Positions 10,780 through 22,919 of a stretch of 64,000 bases of DNA are shown here, in pieces; position 1 is the first letter of the stretch; each line of letters starts with the position of its first letter. The DNA is taken from positions 310,001 through 374,000 of the forward strand of contig CP142732.1 in the NCBI GenBank assembly GCA_036630325.1, given 5' to 3'. The DNA is from Vairimorpha necatrix. Its lineage: Eukaryota. A model generated the notes under the pieces. It ran no database searches, was not told the origin of the DNA, and saw only the letters and a list, made by a program, of their open reading frames with translations. A program made the position numbers and the translations under genes.

Positions 10780-13700
10780 AGAATAATTAAAGGAAACAGG
10801 TATAGTTTTAAAGAAACCAAAATGCACATTTTTTTGAGACGAGATTAAAATACTGGGGAATATTGTTTCAAGGGGTTACTTAAAACCCGACCCTAAAAAG
10901 ATTGAGACAATCCAAAAATACCCCTTTCCAGAGAACCTTAAAAGCTTACGGTCATTCTTGGGGTTGGTGAATTACTGCCGCAATATGTAGCATCTTATGC
11001 CGAGTTAACAGGATCATTATTCGGTCTTCTTAAAGGAGAAACGAAAAATAGCGTAAAAGTGAACACTGGTCAGAAGATTTACAGATTAAGTTTTCAAAGT
11101 TAAAGCAAGCTCTCGGAGGCGAGATAAAATCGAAACAACCAGACTTTAAAAAGATATTTATCTTAATCACGGATGCTTCTGAAATTGGAATTGGTGCTGT
11201 CCTTGCACAAGCTGACGATATGGTGTAGAGGAAGCGATCTCATTATACAGTAAAAGATTCGACGATTGTCAAAAAATTAGTCTGTTACAGATAAAGAACT
11301 TCTAGCTGTCATTAAAGGTATAAATAACTATAGACATTACCTTCTGGGGAAAGAATTTACGTTAAGAACTGACCATAAAGCGCTAACGTACTTATGGGGA
11401 AAAAAATCCTACAAGCCGGATTCTAAGATGGTCAATGATGTTACAAGAATATAAATTTGACGTTGAATACAATAAGGGTAAGGAAATATTGCGGACGGCT
11501 GTAGTAGAATATTTAGCAAGGAAATAAGAATTTCAAGTATCATAAAAGACTTTTCAAAAGAAGAAAAAGAGAATATACTTAAAGCCTATCATATAGAAAC
11601 TGGGCATGGATCTATTAACAACATGAAATTCGCAATCAAAGGAAAATATTCCGGGAAGACATATAAAAAGACATCGAAAAGCTTGTTTCTAAATGCGTCA
11701 TTTGTTTAAAGAACGGAAATAAAATAAGAAATACAAAACACAGGGTAATTAAAACTAGTAATCATAATGAACTCTGGGGGTTGATTTGATAGTACGAATA
11801 CCATATAATGGCACTAATCATTTCATTTTAGTAGCAATCGACCATTACAGTAAATGGATAGAGACAAAACATTTGCGAAACAAGAAAGCTGAAACCATTA
11901 GAGATGCGATTGAAAAACTAATAATTAAGAAACATGGTACTCCAAAAACAATCTTGTCGGATTGCGGACTCGAGTTTAGAAATAAACAAATAACTGTTCT
12001 AAAAGCAAAATATGGATTTGAGTGGAAATACTCATCGTTAGAACACCATAATACGGTGTGATGTGTTGAGAGAGTGAACCAAACACTTTGGACAAATTAA
12101 AAAAACTCACCAATTAGAGAGATTATTCATGAATAAGTGCATTAGAAAAAGCAACTCCCGCCGTAAATGTTTCATTTAATAGAGCCATAGGAACTTCCCC
12201 ATTTATTTTTAAACACGCAAGATCCCCCGAATTTGAGATTGACAAGAAATTTGATAGAAACCCCATAAAATTCCAAAGATTATCTCTGACTAAGAAGAGA
12301 AATGAAAATTTAACCAAATATGGGAAAAGCATAGAAAAGGGTACGATAACGGCCCAGTCAAATTTTTCAATTGGTCATAAAGCTCTCATATACAGAGAAA
12401 GCAAAAATAATAAAATGAAAGCCAATTGGCATCCTGGTTATGAAATAACGTATAGAATACTACCGGATGGGTTCATGGTTAAAAACAACAAAAGTTTAAT
12501 TAGAGTTAATAAAGCTTATATCAAACAAGACCTTTCCTTTGAGGGAGAAAGATGTCGTATAGGCTCAAGGGCTTCTACATATCTGACATGTTTGACATTT
12601 CTCAATATTTTAATTTTTTAAACTTTTATATTTTACCCCAAGCAAGATGGAAGAAAGAGACGAAAAATTTAATAAACTATTAAATATCGACAATAAGTAT
12701 AAAACAATTTGAACCTAAAATATTTAAAAGATACCACATTATTGTTTATAGGTTGGTGTGATTTAATTTTTATTTAAGTTATGCTTAAAATGTTATTTCT
12801 ATTTTTTTAGAATCCACGATCTTTCTTTTTTAAATTCACCCAACATAGGTCGAAGTTCATATAAAAAAACACCGATGAACGAATCAAGTTGATAGCATTA
12901 TAATAAAAGAATACATACGCTAGTGTACTTTTGTAAAATTTAGAAAAAACTTAAATCGAAAATTAAAACAATAATACTATCATAAATTAATATGAAATTA
13001 ACAAATTAAAAATTTATCCAGGAAATTTCAAATTTTTTAAAAGTATGCAAAGGTCTTTTTGAAGATGATGGAAGTCGAGTTGTACAAAGAGAATTAAATT
13101 ACTAGTAACGGTAGGTTTTTACACGATTATTGATTTTATATGATGAATAATGACTACTATATTTAAGAAGAACTATATAGTATGAGAAAAAGCAAAAATG
13201 TTTTATGTAAATAGATATTGGAAGTCTAACATAAGGTGTTTATGTTTGTCTGCACAATACAATGTAAATTGATTCTGTTTCTAAAACAAATATTTTTTTA
13301 AAAATAATCGAATCGGCTCTGTATGTCTGAAAAAATTTAGATAAAAAAGATATTGCAGTAATTTTTATTTCGGAAAGATTTTTAACCAGAACCACATAAA
13401 TCTGAACTCAAATAGGAAGTTTAAGCATCCCATTAAATGCCTGAAACCGATAGGGTGTTTAGACAAACAACTATGTACATTCTGTCATTGTTTTTTACTT
13501 CTTCGTATTTCAATGTATTGATATGTTACACAAAAGCCAAATATCTATAATATAATTATCGAGAATATAAAAATAATCCAGAAAAAAATTATAATTTATA
13601 ATATAAAATTCATAATTCAAATTCTACTATAATGTAACATATTGACGTATAAATTAAGGAGAGCACGAAGTTAACACATTTTATATGGCGTGTAATAATT

Positions 13701-15978
13701 GCGCAAAAAATGAAATTAATTATAGTTCAAAATTAAGTATTAGATTATCATATGATAGTAAAGACCTAAAAACATTTTATATAGCTTTTAATTTATATGA
13801 AAAAAGAATCCGATTCTGCTAGTGTTTTATTAGAAATCAAACCTCAGTTGTAAGATCCATATTTCATATATTGCAACAAAAAGAAAAATGATTCAATGAT
13901 TTATTAAATATTATAACCATATTTAGTAGTCATTGTTTGTGGTAAAAAAAATAAAGCTTATAGAAAACGTATGAACTGTAAAATACGCAATATGTTATTG
14001 TTCAAACAGCCACAGTATATATGCAATTGAACTAGAGCTAGAAGACTGCACTGAGGCATTATACAGACAAAATTACTCTAAATGAATTTGGAACCCAGGC
14101 AGAAATTATATATCAAAATACGGAAATGTAAATAATCCAAACAAACCCGATTCTAGAGTTATTTGGATCGCTTTGCAAAAAAATCTAAAGCCATGAGACA
14201 ATTCTCAATTGTAAATTTTTTTTATTTTGCTGATCTAATGCAAAAATAATTTTTATATTTTTTATTTAAAACCGGAATCTATTTATTTTATATTTATACG
14301 ACTGTTTTGATAAAATTTTTTTTCTTTATTAAATCAAGAGCCTTTTCTCTAAAAAAAATTTTGTTTTCTTTTTTTAGACATTAAAATTCATTTGTTTATA
14401 TTTGTATTATATTTTCATAATTTTTTGTTGGGGACAATATGTCCTGATAAACGCAAAGACGTTTGACAAATTCAGAAACATAATCTTATAAATTTAAATT
14501 GAAGTTTTTACTAAACGGGGGGGGGGTACTTGTAAATATTGTTAATTACAGTCAAATTAAATAGATCCACGAGAGTTAAATAATTTAATGTTATTCTTAT
14601 GTTTTTTGGGTTTAAAAACATATTGTTTAATGAGAAACTAAATATTTTGGAAATATATGTTTTTTTTATATATTCTTGCTGTAGTATCCGATCAATTATC
14701 GACGAAACATATTTTTACAAGAAGAGATTTGTTTGCATGCATATACATTATAAACATTTTCAAAAGGGGATGAGATATCACACTAGAATATTTAAAATTC
14801 CTGTAACAGCTACATCGATTTTCCATGTTAATATACAGTTGCAACTCCTCCTCTTTAAGTAAAATTATATGTAAATGTTTAAAAAATTACCTCTCAAAAA
14901 ATATATTATTTTTTCTGTCGCGGCCAAATAAAGGGCCTGGTCATGATGGTATGTTGCTATATCATTTTTTTATGTGTTTCATCGTTTCATATATTAATTT
15001 TGTGGCTCAATGTTTATATTAAGAAAATTTAATGATTTTGTTTGTATTTATCAAAAGCTGACAAAATAGACCTGTATAATTATATATTTTTGTAGGGCTA
15101 CTGTCATATCATAATGACATATCACATAAAATAAATCTGTAAAACATCTTTCACTGACCGGCAAACGTCAAAAAAAAACTTTGAAAATATATTTATAATG
15201 TAAGATACAAACAATTAGTATTCTTGTTAAACAAATAGACATCAAAAATAAAAGAAGTGCATGTAATCATACAGAAACAAGGCCAATGAAGCTATCAGTA
15301 AGTGAAGCAATAAAAATATATTTATAAGAACATATTTACTTTATACTCTATAAATTAAGATACAATTATACGTGATGTATTTATTTGTATTATACATCAC
15401 AAACTCATCATGGAAAAGGTTTAGAATATTATAATTATGTGTAAATCGACGTCAAATTGTCATCCATCATCATATAGATGCCAAGTTACTTATTTATTTG
15501 TTGACCCAACAAATAAACAAAACAAATGTATATTGGACAATATAATTTTACATCTGAGAATTAGATATTAAATCATTTAATTATTAGAATTATCATGATT
15601 TAAGATAAATTTTCAATATAAGTGTGTTCATGTATAATACTGTAGTATCATGTAGATTCAACTCTTTATAAAGCATCATTTAAAATCCATGTTTCTTTTA
15701 TTACATTATTTACACAATTATAAATGTTGCTAATCTCAGATCACAATTTTGATCAGTGAATCAGTGATTAATCAATCATTTGCTGATTTATTAAAATAAT
15801 TTTTTATCCTTGTAAAATTTTATTTCATCCAATCTGATATTATATCATTTATTAAGTATTTTTAAACAATTATAGTTTTCATATTTTATATTATAAGAAT
15901 TTGTATTAAGAAATATATTTATTTCTAATATTTTCATAAATACTGATTAAAATCAAATATATTGATTTTAATACACAA

Positions 15979-17225
15979 CACCAGGTTGATTCTGCCTGAC
16001 GTAGACGCTATTCCCTAAGATTAACCCATGCATGTTTTTGATATGGAAAAATGGACTGCTCAGTAATACTCACTTTATTTAATGTATTAAATTAGTATAA
16101 CTGCGTTAAAGTGTAGCATAAGACATATACAGTAAGAGTGAGACCTATCAGCTAGTTGTTAAGGTAATGGCTTAACAAGGCAATGACGGGTAACGGTATT
16201 ACTTTGTAATATTCCGGAGAAGGAGCCTGAGAGACGGCTACTAAGTCTAAGGATTGCAGCAGGGGCGAAACTTGACCTATGGATTTTATCTGAGGCAGTT
16301 ATGGGAAGTAATATTCTATTGTTTCATATTGTAAAAGTATATGAGGTGATTAATTGGAGGGCAAATCAAGTGCCAGCAGCCGCGGTAATACTTGTTCCAA
16401 GAGTGTGTATGATGATTGATGCAGTTAAAAAGTCCGTAGTTTATATTTAAGAAGCAATATGAGGTGTACTGTATAGTTGGGAGAGAGATGAAATGTGACG
16501 ACCCTGACTGGACGAACAGAAGCGAAAGCTGTACACTTGTATGTATTTTTTGAACAAGGACGTAAGCTGGAGGAGCGAAGATGATTAGATACCATTGTAG
16601 TTCCAGCAGTAAACTATGCCGACGATGTGATATGATATTAATTGTATTAGATGATAGAAATTTGAGTTTTTTGGCTCTGGGGATAGTATGATCGCAAGAT
16701 TGAAAATTAAAGAAATTGACGGAAGAATACCACAAGGAGTGGATTGTGCGGCTTAATTTGACTCAACGCGAGGTAACTTACCAATATTTTATTATTCAGA
16801 GAAGATTTTCGATCTGAGAATGATAATAGTGGTGCATGGCCGTTTTCAATGGATGCTGTGAAGTTTTGATTAATTTCAACAAGACGTGAGACCCTTTTAT
16901 TAATAGACAGACACAATCAGTGTAGGAAGGAAAGGATTAAAACAGGTCCGTTATGCCCTCAGACATTTTGGGCTGCACGCGCAATACAATAGATATATAA
17001 TCTTTATGGGATAATATTTTGTAAGAGATATTTGAACTTGGAATTGCTAGTAAATTTTATTAAATAAGTAGAATTGAATGTGTCCCTGTTCTTTGTACAC
17101 ACCGCCCGTCGCTATCTAAGATGATATGTGTTGTGAAATTAGTGAAAACTACTTGAACAATATGTATTAGATCTGATATAAGTCGTAACATGGTTGCTGT
17201 TGGAGAACCATTAGCAGGATCATAA
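15979..17225 (+). rRNA. Microsporidian small-subunit rRNA (Nosema/Vairimorpha type, about 1.25 kb)
   Basis: Starts CACCAGGTTGATTCTGCCTGAC, contains GTGCCAGCAGCCGCGGTAA and TTGTACACACCGCCCGTCG, ends GCAGGATCATAA. Confidence 0.98.
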
Positions 17226-17261
17226 TAAGTTAAATTTAAATTAATTTTAATTATTAAATTT
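17226..17261 (+). other. Internal transcribed spacer (about 36 nt, nearly all A/T)
   Basis: Short AT tract between the SSU 3' end and the 5.8S-like start of the LSU. No ITS2, as expected for microsporidia. Confidence 0.8.
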
Positions 17262-18861
17262 ACCCACACATGGGATCAATAGGATACCATAACGATGAAG
17301 GTCGTAATAGAATACGAAAGTATATTATTTACTTAATTAATATATTTATAATGTATTGATAACCCTTTGAACTTAAGCATATCATTAAAAGGAGGAAAAG
17401 AAACTAACTAGGATTTCTTTAGTAGCAGCGAGTGAACAAGAAATAACCCTCCATTGTAATCCTTAATTGGAGTTGTAAATGGTTTATTCTATTAATTATA
17501 TTTATAGAGAATATTATATTCGTTATTAATAGAATAGAATAATGTACTTGAGTAGAGCTGCTTGGTAGTGCAGTTTGAATAAAGGTAGAATGAAATATCT
17601 AAGGTTAAATATGATGGTATACCGATAGAAAATAAGTACTGCGAAGGAACTTGTGAAAATGTGTGGAGTTTAGCCTTATTTTTAAGGACCCGTCTTGAAA
17701 CACGGACCAAGGAGATTATAATTATAGCAAGATAAAAATTAAATTTTTTAATCTTTATTAACTTGATTAGTTATAATTATAAGACCCGAAACACAGTGAA
17801 CTATACATGTTCTGGTTGAAGATAAGCAACAGTTTATTGGAAGACCATAATCATTCTGACGTGCAAATCGATGATTTAAGATGTGTATAGTGGCGAAAGA
17901 CCAATCGAACTGTGTGGTAGCTGGTTCACAGCGAAATGTCTCTCAGGACAGCAGTTATTATTGTATAGGACATAGATGTAGGACACTGTTATAGTTTTTT
18001 AACTATGAGAAATCTTTAATTCTATGGAATTATATAAATTAAATTTATATAATGAATCTATTGTATAACTAGTGGGCACATGATTGTAAGAATGATGTGC
18101 AAAAAGGGATGAACCTTATGAAACATTAAATATTCTAAATAGTAGATATTATACCATAAATATGATGAATACATTGAGACAGTAGGGCGGTTGTTATGGA
18201 AGTAGAAATCCGCTAAGAAACGTGTTACAACGTACCTACCGAATGTATTATTGTATAAAATGGAAGAAGATTACTACTTTTATGAGATGTTTCTAATAAA
18301 TATTTAGGTAGCTGTGCAATTTGTTTGTATTGAAGTATATATGTGAGTATATATAGAAGAAACAAATGAGCCGATCTTGGAGGCAGTAACAATATATTTG
18401 TATAGATATAGACTAGGGTTTTCAATTATTATTGAAGTGAATCGGTGTTATTTATAAAAACAAAAAAGATTAATAATTCTTTATTAAATTATTATAAGGT
18501 AACTTGATAATGACAGTATATTTCAATAAATTTAAGATAAATGAATTAAATTTAATTTTAACTATGGATTGTCATGATAAGAAATAGTTAATTATATATA
18601 TATATACTTGATAAAAATAAAATAATTTTAACCGTACCTATACCGCATCAGGTGTCTTTGTATCATAACAAATATTTTAAATTAAAGTAAGTAAGGGAAT
18701 TCGGCAAATTAGATCTGTAACTTTGGGATAAAGATTGGCTCTAGCATGCTAGAACTTTTACTATGTAAGGAATCTGACTGTTTATTAAAAACATAGCTTT
18801 TTGTATTTACAAGAAGTGAATTCTGCCCAGTGCATTTATTGTTAAAGTTGTGTAAGCGAAT

Positions 18862-18914
<53 letters not shown>

Positions 18915-19013
18915 TTAATTGGTGACGCGCATGAATGGAGCAACGAGATTCCTACTGTCCCTACTTACAATTTTGTGAAACCACGAGACAAGGGAACGGG
19001 CTTGTTATTTATC

Positions 19014-19045
<32 letters not shown>

Positions 19046-19481
19046 TTAGTATGTTTTAATAAATATTCGGTATATTGTAGAGAGGTGGGAGAAGTATTGT
19101 GAAACCAACTAGTATGTTTGAATATTTATTTATTAGAATATATGGGGAGTTTGGCTGGGGCGGTACAGCTGTTAAAAAGTAACACAGCTGTCCTAAGGTA
19201 GATGAATGATGGATGGTAACCATCAGTTTATTATAAGGGAATAAATCTGCTTTACTTTATACATATGACTGTATTTAGTAGGGAAACCTTGGCCTAGCGA
19301 TCCCAATTACATTCATTATGTATTGGGTGATTGAAAAGTTACCACAGGGATAACTGGCTTGTAGCAGGCAAGCGATCATAGCGACTCTGCTTTTTGATTC
19401 TTCGATGTCGTCTCTTCTGATCATCGTAGTGTATATGTTACGAAGTGTTGGATTGTTCACCCGGTAATGAGGAACGTGAGA

Positions 19482-19523
<42 letters not shown>

Positions 19524-19809
19524 TAAGTATTTTTGAGTGAACTTTGATAGTACGAGAGGAACTCTAAGTGATGACCACTGGTAGTGCGATTAACTATTAA
19601 GTTATGTTGCTTAGCTACGTCGTTTCGATTAAGGCTGAAAGCCTCTTAAGCCTGAAGCGTAGCTCAAAGATATATTTAGGAGAATACTACTCTTTTAAGC
19701 AGAACTGTAAGAATGAAGGTGTATGCCGACATTTTGAGGTTACTGCTTTTTTTGTATGTATAGTAGGTGTTGTATACTATAAGAGATGGTACTTTATATC
19801 TAGATTTGG
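17262..19809 (+). rRNA. Large-subunit rRNA with fused 5.8S-like 5' part
   Basis: GAACTTAAGCATAT, CCCGTCTTGAAACACGGACCAAGG, TAACTATGACTCTCTTAAGGTAGCC, sarcin-ricin loop AGTACGAGAGGAAC. 3' end inferred from TCTAGATTTG and is approximate. Confidence 0.95.
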
Positions 19810-19816
19810 TACCATT

Positions 19817-19878
19817 ACAAGAGAGCGTCTACATCGCGGAGGGCGGGACCGATGTTTTTTAAATAGGTGCAAATTTCT
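19817..19878 (+). ncRNA. 5'-truncated HDV-like ribozyme copy
   Basis: Keeps P2 AGAGA/TTTCT, P3 GCG/CGC, P1 3' strand GGAGGGC and J4/2 GCAAA, but has no P1 5' strand and L3 is mutated (TCTACAT). Confidence 0.65.
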
Positions 19879-20009
19879 AAGTCTTACCAACCTTTTGACC
19901 TGGGCGAGGTCGGGCATGATACTGATGCTGTATTGTTCCGCTGAACTGAGTCGTGTTCTTAAATGGTGAATTAGCCAGGCGTTTTCGTTTTTCATCAGAC
20001 CCATAAAAA

Positions 20010-20078
20010 ACCCTCCACAAGAGAGCGTCCACGTCGCGGAGGGTGGGACCGATGTTTTTTAACTAGGTGCAGATCTCT
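20010..20078 (+). ncRNA. HDV-like self-cleaving ribozyme (complete fold)
   Basis: P1 ACCCTCC/GGAGGGT, P2 AGAGA/TCTCT, P3 GCG/CGC, L3 TCCACGT, P1.1 CC/GG, P4 ACC...GGT, J4/2 GCAGA. Confidence 0.85.
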
Positions 20079-20334
20079 AAGTCTTACCAACCTTCGGCTG
20101 CTGGTTGGTAAGTAGGGTCAGCTATACTCTAGGGGTGGGAGACCCATTGCTGGTGAGAAGAACGCCGTTAACTTTCGAGTAATTCTTCATATTTTTAACC
20201 TGGGAGAGGTTGGGCATGATACTGAAGCTGTATTGTTCCGCTGAACTGAGTCGTGTTCTTAAATGGTGTATTGAACCAGGCGTTGTGTTTTCGTCAGGTC
20301 CGCGAAATATGTAGTCAGAGATGACTAAGGATCT
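20064..20334 (+). repeat. 271-bp direct repeat, left copy (partner 27009-27279)
   Basis: Matches 27009-27279 with two substitutions seen. Contains the ribozyme 3' end, hairpins and a LINE 3'UTR-like segment. Confidence 0.9.
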
Positions 20335-20414
20335 TCAAAAAGAATACCAATGAGTTATAGAAACAAATGCTTTTTGTGTGATGGACCACAAGAAAATTTA
20401 GAACACTTTCTGCT

Positions 20415-20483
20415 ACCCTCCATAAGAGAGCGTCCACGTCGCGGAGGGTGGGACCGATGTTTTTTAACTAGGTGCAGATCTCT
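20415..20483 (+). ncRNA. HDV-like self-cleaving ribozyme at the 5' end of the LINE
   Basis: Same double-pseudoknot: P1 20415-21/20443-49, P2 20425-29/20479-83, P3 20430-32/20440-42, L3 20433-39, GG 20450-51, J4/2 GCAGA 20474-78 with candidate catalytic C at 20475. Confidence 0.87.
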
Positions 20484-20485
20484 AA

Positions 20486-21625
20486 ATGAAGGGTAAAGCA
20501 AGAGAAAGCAGGAGCGAGCTCAGTAGAGCAAAAAGTGACCACTTTGGTGGTCCAAACAACAATTTAGATATAGAAATGTATTTAAAACAACAAACTAAGC
20601 ATGTATATGCTAATAAAAGTTTCCCAAGTGTTACTTTCAAAAATGATGGAGAAATGAAATATTTTCTCAAGAAAATAAAAATTCTCTCGGAAAGAATTAA
20701 TAAAAATGATATTTTTGACACATCAAAAAAAGAAAACAATAAAGATCTTAGTGATCTTAAAAGATACATAGCTAGCACTACTGAATTATTACTGATTCAG
20801 CAGACATATCTGGAGCTCTTCCATGACAAGCTAGAAAAACAAAATATCAAATTAAAAAATTTGATATGAAGGGTAAAGCAAGAGAAAGCAGGAGCGAGCT
20901 CAGTAGAGCAAAAAGTGACCACTTTGGTGGTCCAAACAACAATTTAGATATAGAAATGTATTTAAAACAACAAACTAAGCATGTATATGCTAATAAAAGT
21001 TTCCCAAGTGTTACTTTCAAAAATGATGGAGAAATGAAATATTTTCTCAAGAAAATAAAAATTCTCTCGGAAAGAATTAATAAAAATGATATTTTTGACA
21101 CATCAAAAAAAGAAAACAATAAAGATCTTAGTGATCTTAAAAGATACATAGCTAGCACTACTGAATTATTACTGATTCAGCAGACATATCTGGAGCTCTT
21201 CCATGACAAGCTAGAAAAACAAAATATCAAATTAAAAAATTTGATATGAAGGGTAAAGCAAGAGAAAGCAGGAGCGAGCTCAGTAGAGCAAAAAGTGACC
21301 ACTTTGGTGGTCCAAACAACAATTTAGATATAGAAATGTATTTAAAACAACAAACTAAGCATGTATATGCTAATAAAAGTTTCCCAAGTGTTACTTTCAA
21401 AAATGATGGAGAAATGAAATATTTTCTCAAGAAAATAAAAATTCTCTCGGAAAGAATTAATAAAAATGATATTTTTGACACATCAAAAAAAGAAAACAAT
21501 AAAGATCTTAGTGATCTTAAAAGATACATAGCTAGCACTACTGAATTATTACTGATTCAGCAGACATATCTGGAGCTCTTCCATGACAAGCTAGAAAAAC
21601 AAAATATCAAATTAAAAAATTTGAT
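20486..21625 (+). repeat. Three tandem 380-bp copies of the ORF1 5' end
   Basis: Units start at 20486, 20866 and 21246, each at the ATG. The first two give identical 127-aa ORFs ending at an ATGA stop/start overlap. Confidence 0.95.
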
Positions 21626-22919
21626 TAAAAATAATCTGATGGATGACAGTAATCAATTTACAGAATCAACAAAAAATAAAATTGAGATGATGATTGAGAA
21701 TCACTCAAAAGAATGTGTAGAACAAAAGGATAATAACTCCGATGTTCCAAATGATACCAGTAGCGAAACCCTTCAGTTAGCTACTGGAAACAATGATATT
21801 TCTAAATTAGAAATCATAAATGAAGATGTTTTAATTAATGTCAAAAATATCGTGTCTGCTGTCAAAGTAGAAGAAGAAGATCGATTGTCAGATGATGGCA
21901 AAAGAAAATGTATAGGTGTCTCAAATGCGTCTACAAATATTATAATTAATAAAAATATTAAAACAAAAGATGTTAAGCTAGACTTAGCTTTCATTAATAA
22001 AAAAGCAGTAGTTAGACATCTGTCAACTATCTCTGCTATTATAGCTGGTAAAAGAAAAGCTCCTAAGAATGGAGTCAAGCTTTTCCATATAAACGAAGAC
22101 GGATGGACATCTGTCAAACACACATTCAAGCCTAAAGTCCAGATAGACTTGAAGAAAAACAGAAGTGGTAAAACCACAGATAAAACCAACTTTAATAGAT
22201 TTAAATCACTTAAAGTAGAAACTAGTGGCAATGTAAAAGTGCCCAAAAAGATTAATCATGAAGCTGTAAAGAGAAAGAATATCATTCCTAAAAAAGATCA
22301 TGAAAAGGAAAGATTACAAAATCAGAGAATAAATTTTACAAAAAAAACGAAGGACAGAAAAAATGAGAAATGTCAACAAAAAAGAGTTCCAGTTTTACCA
22401 AAGAAAAACTGGGCCAAAGAGCTATCTGAAGAAGCTCTTATGAAAATTATTAAGGATGGTAGAATTATTTCCAAGTGTAAGTTTAGGATAGCTCTTGTGT
22501 CTGGACTCGGATTGAAAGGGAAACCTCAATCTAGAGACGCTTGGGCAGCCTTAGCTGATGTGGAAAATAAAGATATACCACTTATAAAACAATTTAAAGA
22601 TTCGGAAGTAGTACTTCTGATGATTAGAGAACACGTGGGCCAAAAGGTACTAAGCAAAATTAAAGAAAAGTTCGGAGGTTCTAATATCTGCGATGAAGTT
22701 AATTTCTTCACCGACTTTATGTCTTTAACAAAAACAACTGTTCTAGGAGAGCTGCAAAGACTCTCTGGAACGCATAAAAATTTTGTACCGCTTGTAAAAG
22801 CATGTTGGTACATAACTAAAGAATTAAATAAAGAAAACCCAAACCATGGTTCTTTCATTATTTTAGAAAATATGATGGGTGAGCCTGCCCGAGAATCTAA
22901 GGACTTTAACAATGAATAA
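21246..22919 (+). CDS. LINE ORF1 protein (basic, no recognised domain)
   Basis: 557-aa Lys-rich ORF directly upstream of ORF2 and overlapping it (ATGAATAA). Confidence 0.8.
   Translation: MKGKARESRSELSRAKSDHFGGPNNNLDIEMYLKQQTKHVYANKSFPSVTFKNDGEMKYFLKKIKILSERINKNDIFDTSKKENNKDLSDLKRYIASTTELLLIQQTYLELFHDKLEKQNIKLKNLIKNNLMDDSNQFTESTKNKIEMMIENHSKECVEQKDNNSDVPNDTSSETLQLATGNNDISKLEIINEDVLINVKNIVSAVKVEEEDRLSDDGKRKCIGVSNASTNIIINKNIKTKDVKLDLAFINKKAVVRHLSTISAIIAGKRKAPKNGVKLFHINEDGWTSVKHTFKPKVQIDLKKNRSGKTTDKTNFNRFKSLKVETSGNVKVPKKINHEAVKRKNIIPKKDHEKERLQNQRINFTKKTKDRKNEKCQQKRVPVLPKKNWAKELSEEALMKIIKDGRIISKCKFRIALVSGLGLKGKPQSRDAWAALADVENKDIPLIKQFKDSEVVLLMIREHVGQKVLSKIKEKFGGSNICDEVNFFTDFMSLTKTTVLGELQRLSGTHKNFVPLVKACWYITKELNKENPNHGSFIILENMMGEPARESKDFNNE

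Larger units (their letters stand above)
6776..12692 (+). mobile_element. Degenerate Ty3/Gypsy LTR retrotransposon (element B) carrying two nested insertions
   Basis: Diverged LTRs 6776-6899 and 12553-12692 (TGTCG...CGACA), TGGCGAC after the 5' LTR, PPT GAGGGAGAAAGA, frameshifted gag/PR/RT/RH/IN fragments (LDATSGY, AIDHYSKW, SDCGLEF). Flanks TAAAT/ATAAG do not match as a TSD. Confidence 0.85.

Noticed and set aside
12700-15940. 5S rRNA or host genes upstream of the SSU
   Set aside because: No recognisable 5S sequence. Only short AT-rich ORFs with no motif.
18885-18910. R2-type insertion in the LSU
   Set aside because: The target TTAAGGTAGCCAAATGCC is uninterrupted.
19975-20003. Minus-strand CTGATGA-AAAAC-GAAA resembling a hammerhead core (also near 26775-26795)
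   Set aside because: No stem II, no properly placed stem III/NUH partner, and sister copies read CTGACGAAAACACAAC without GAAA.
16316-20004. Short ORFs overlapping the rRNA genes and ribozyme units
   Set aside because: Incidental frames within structural RNA.
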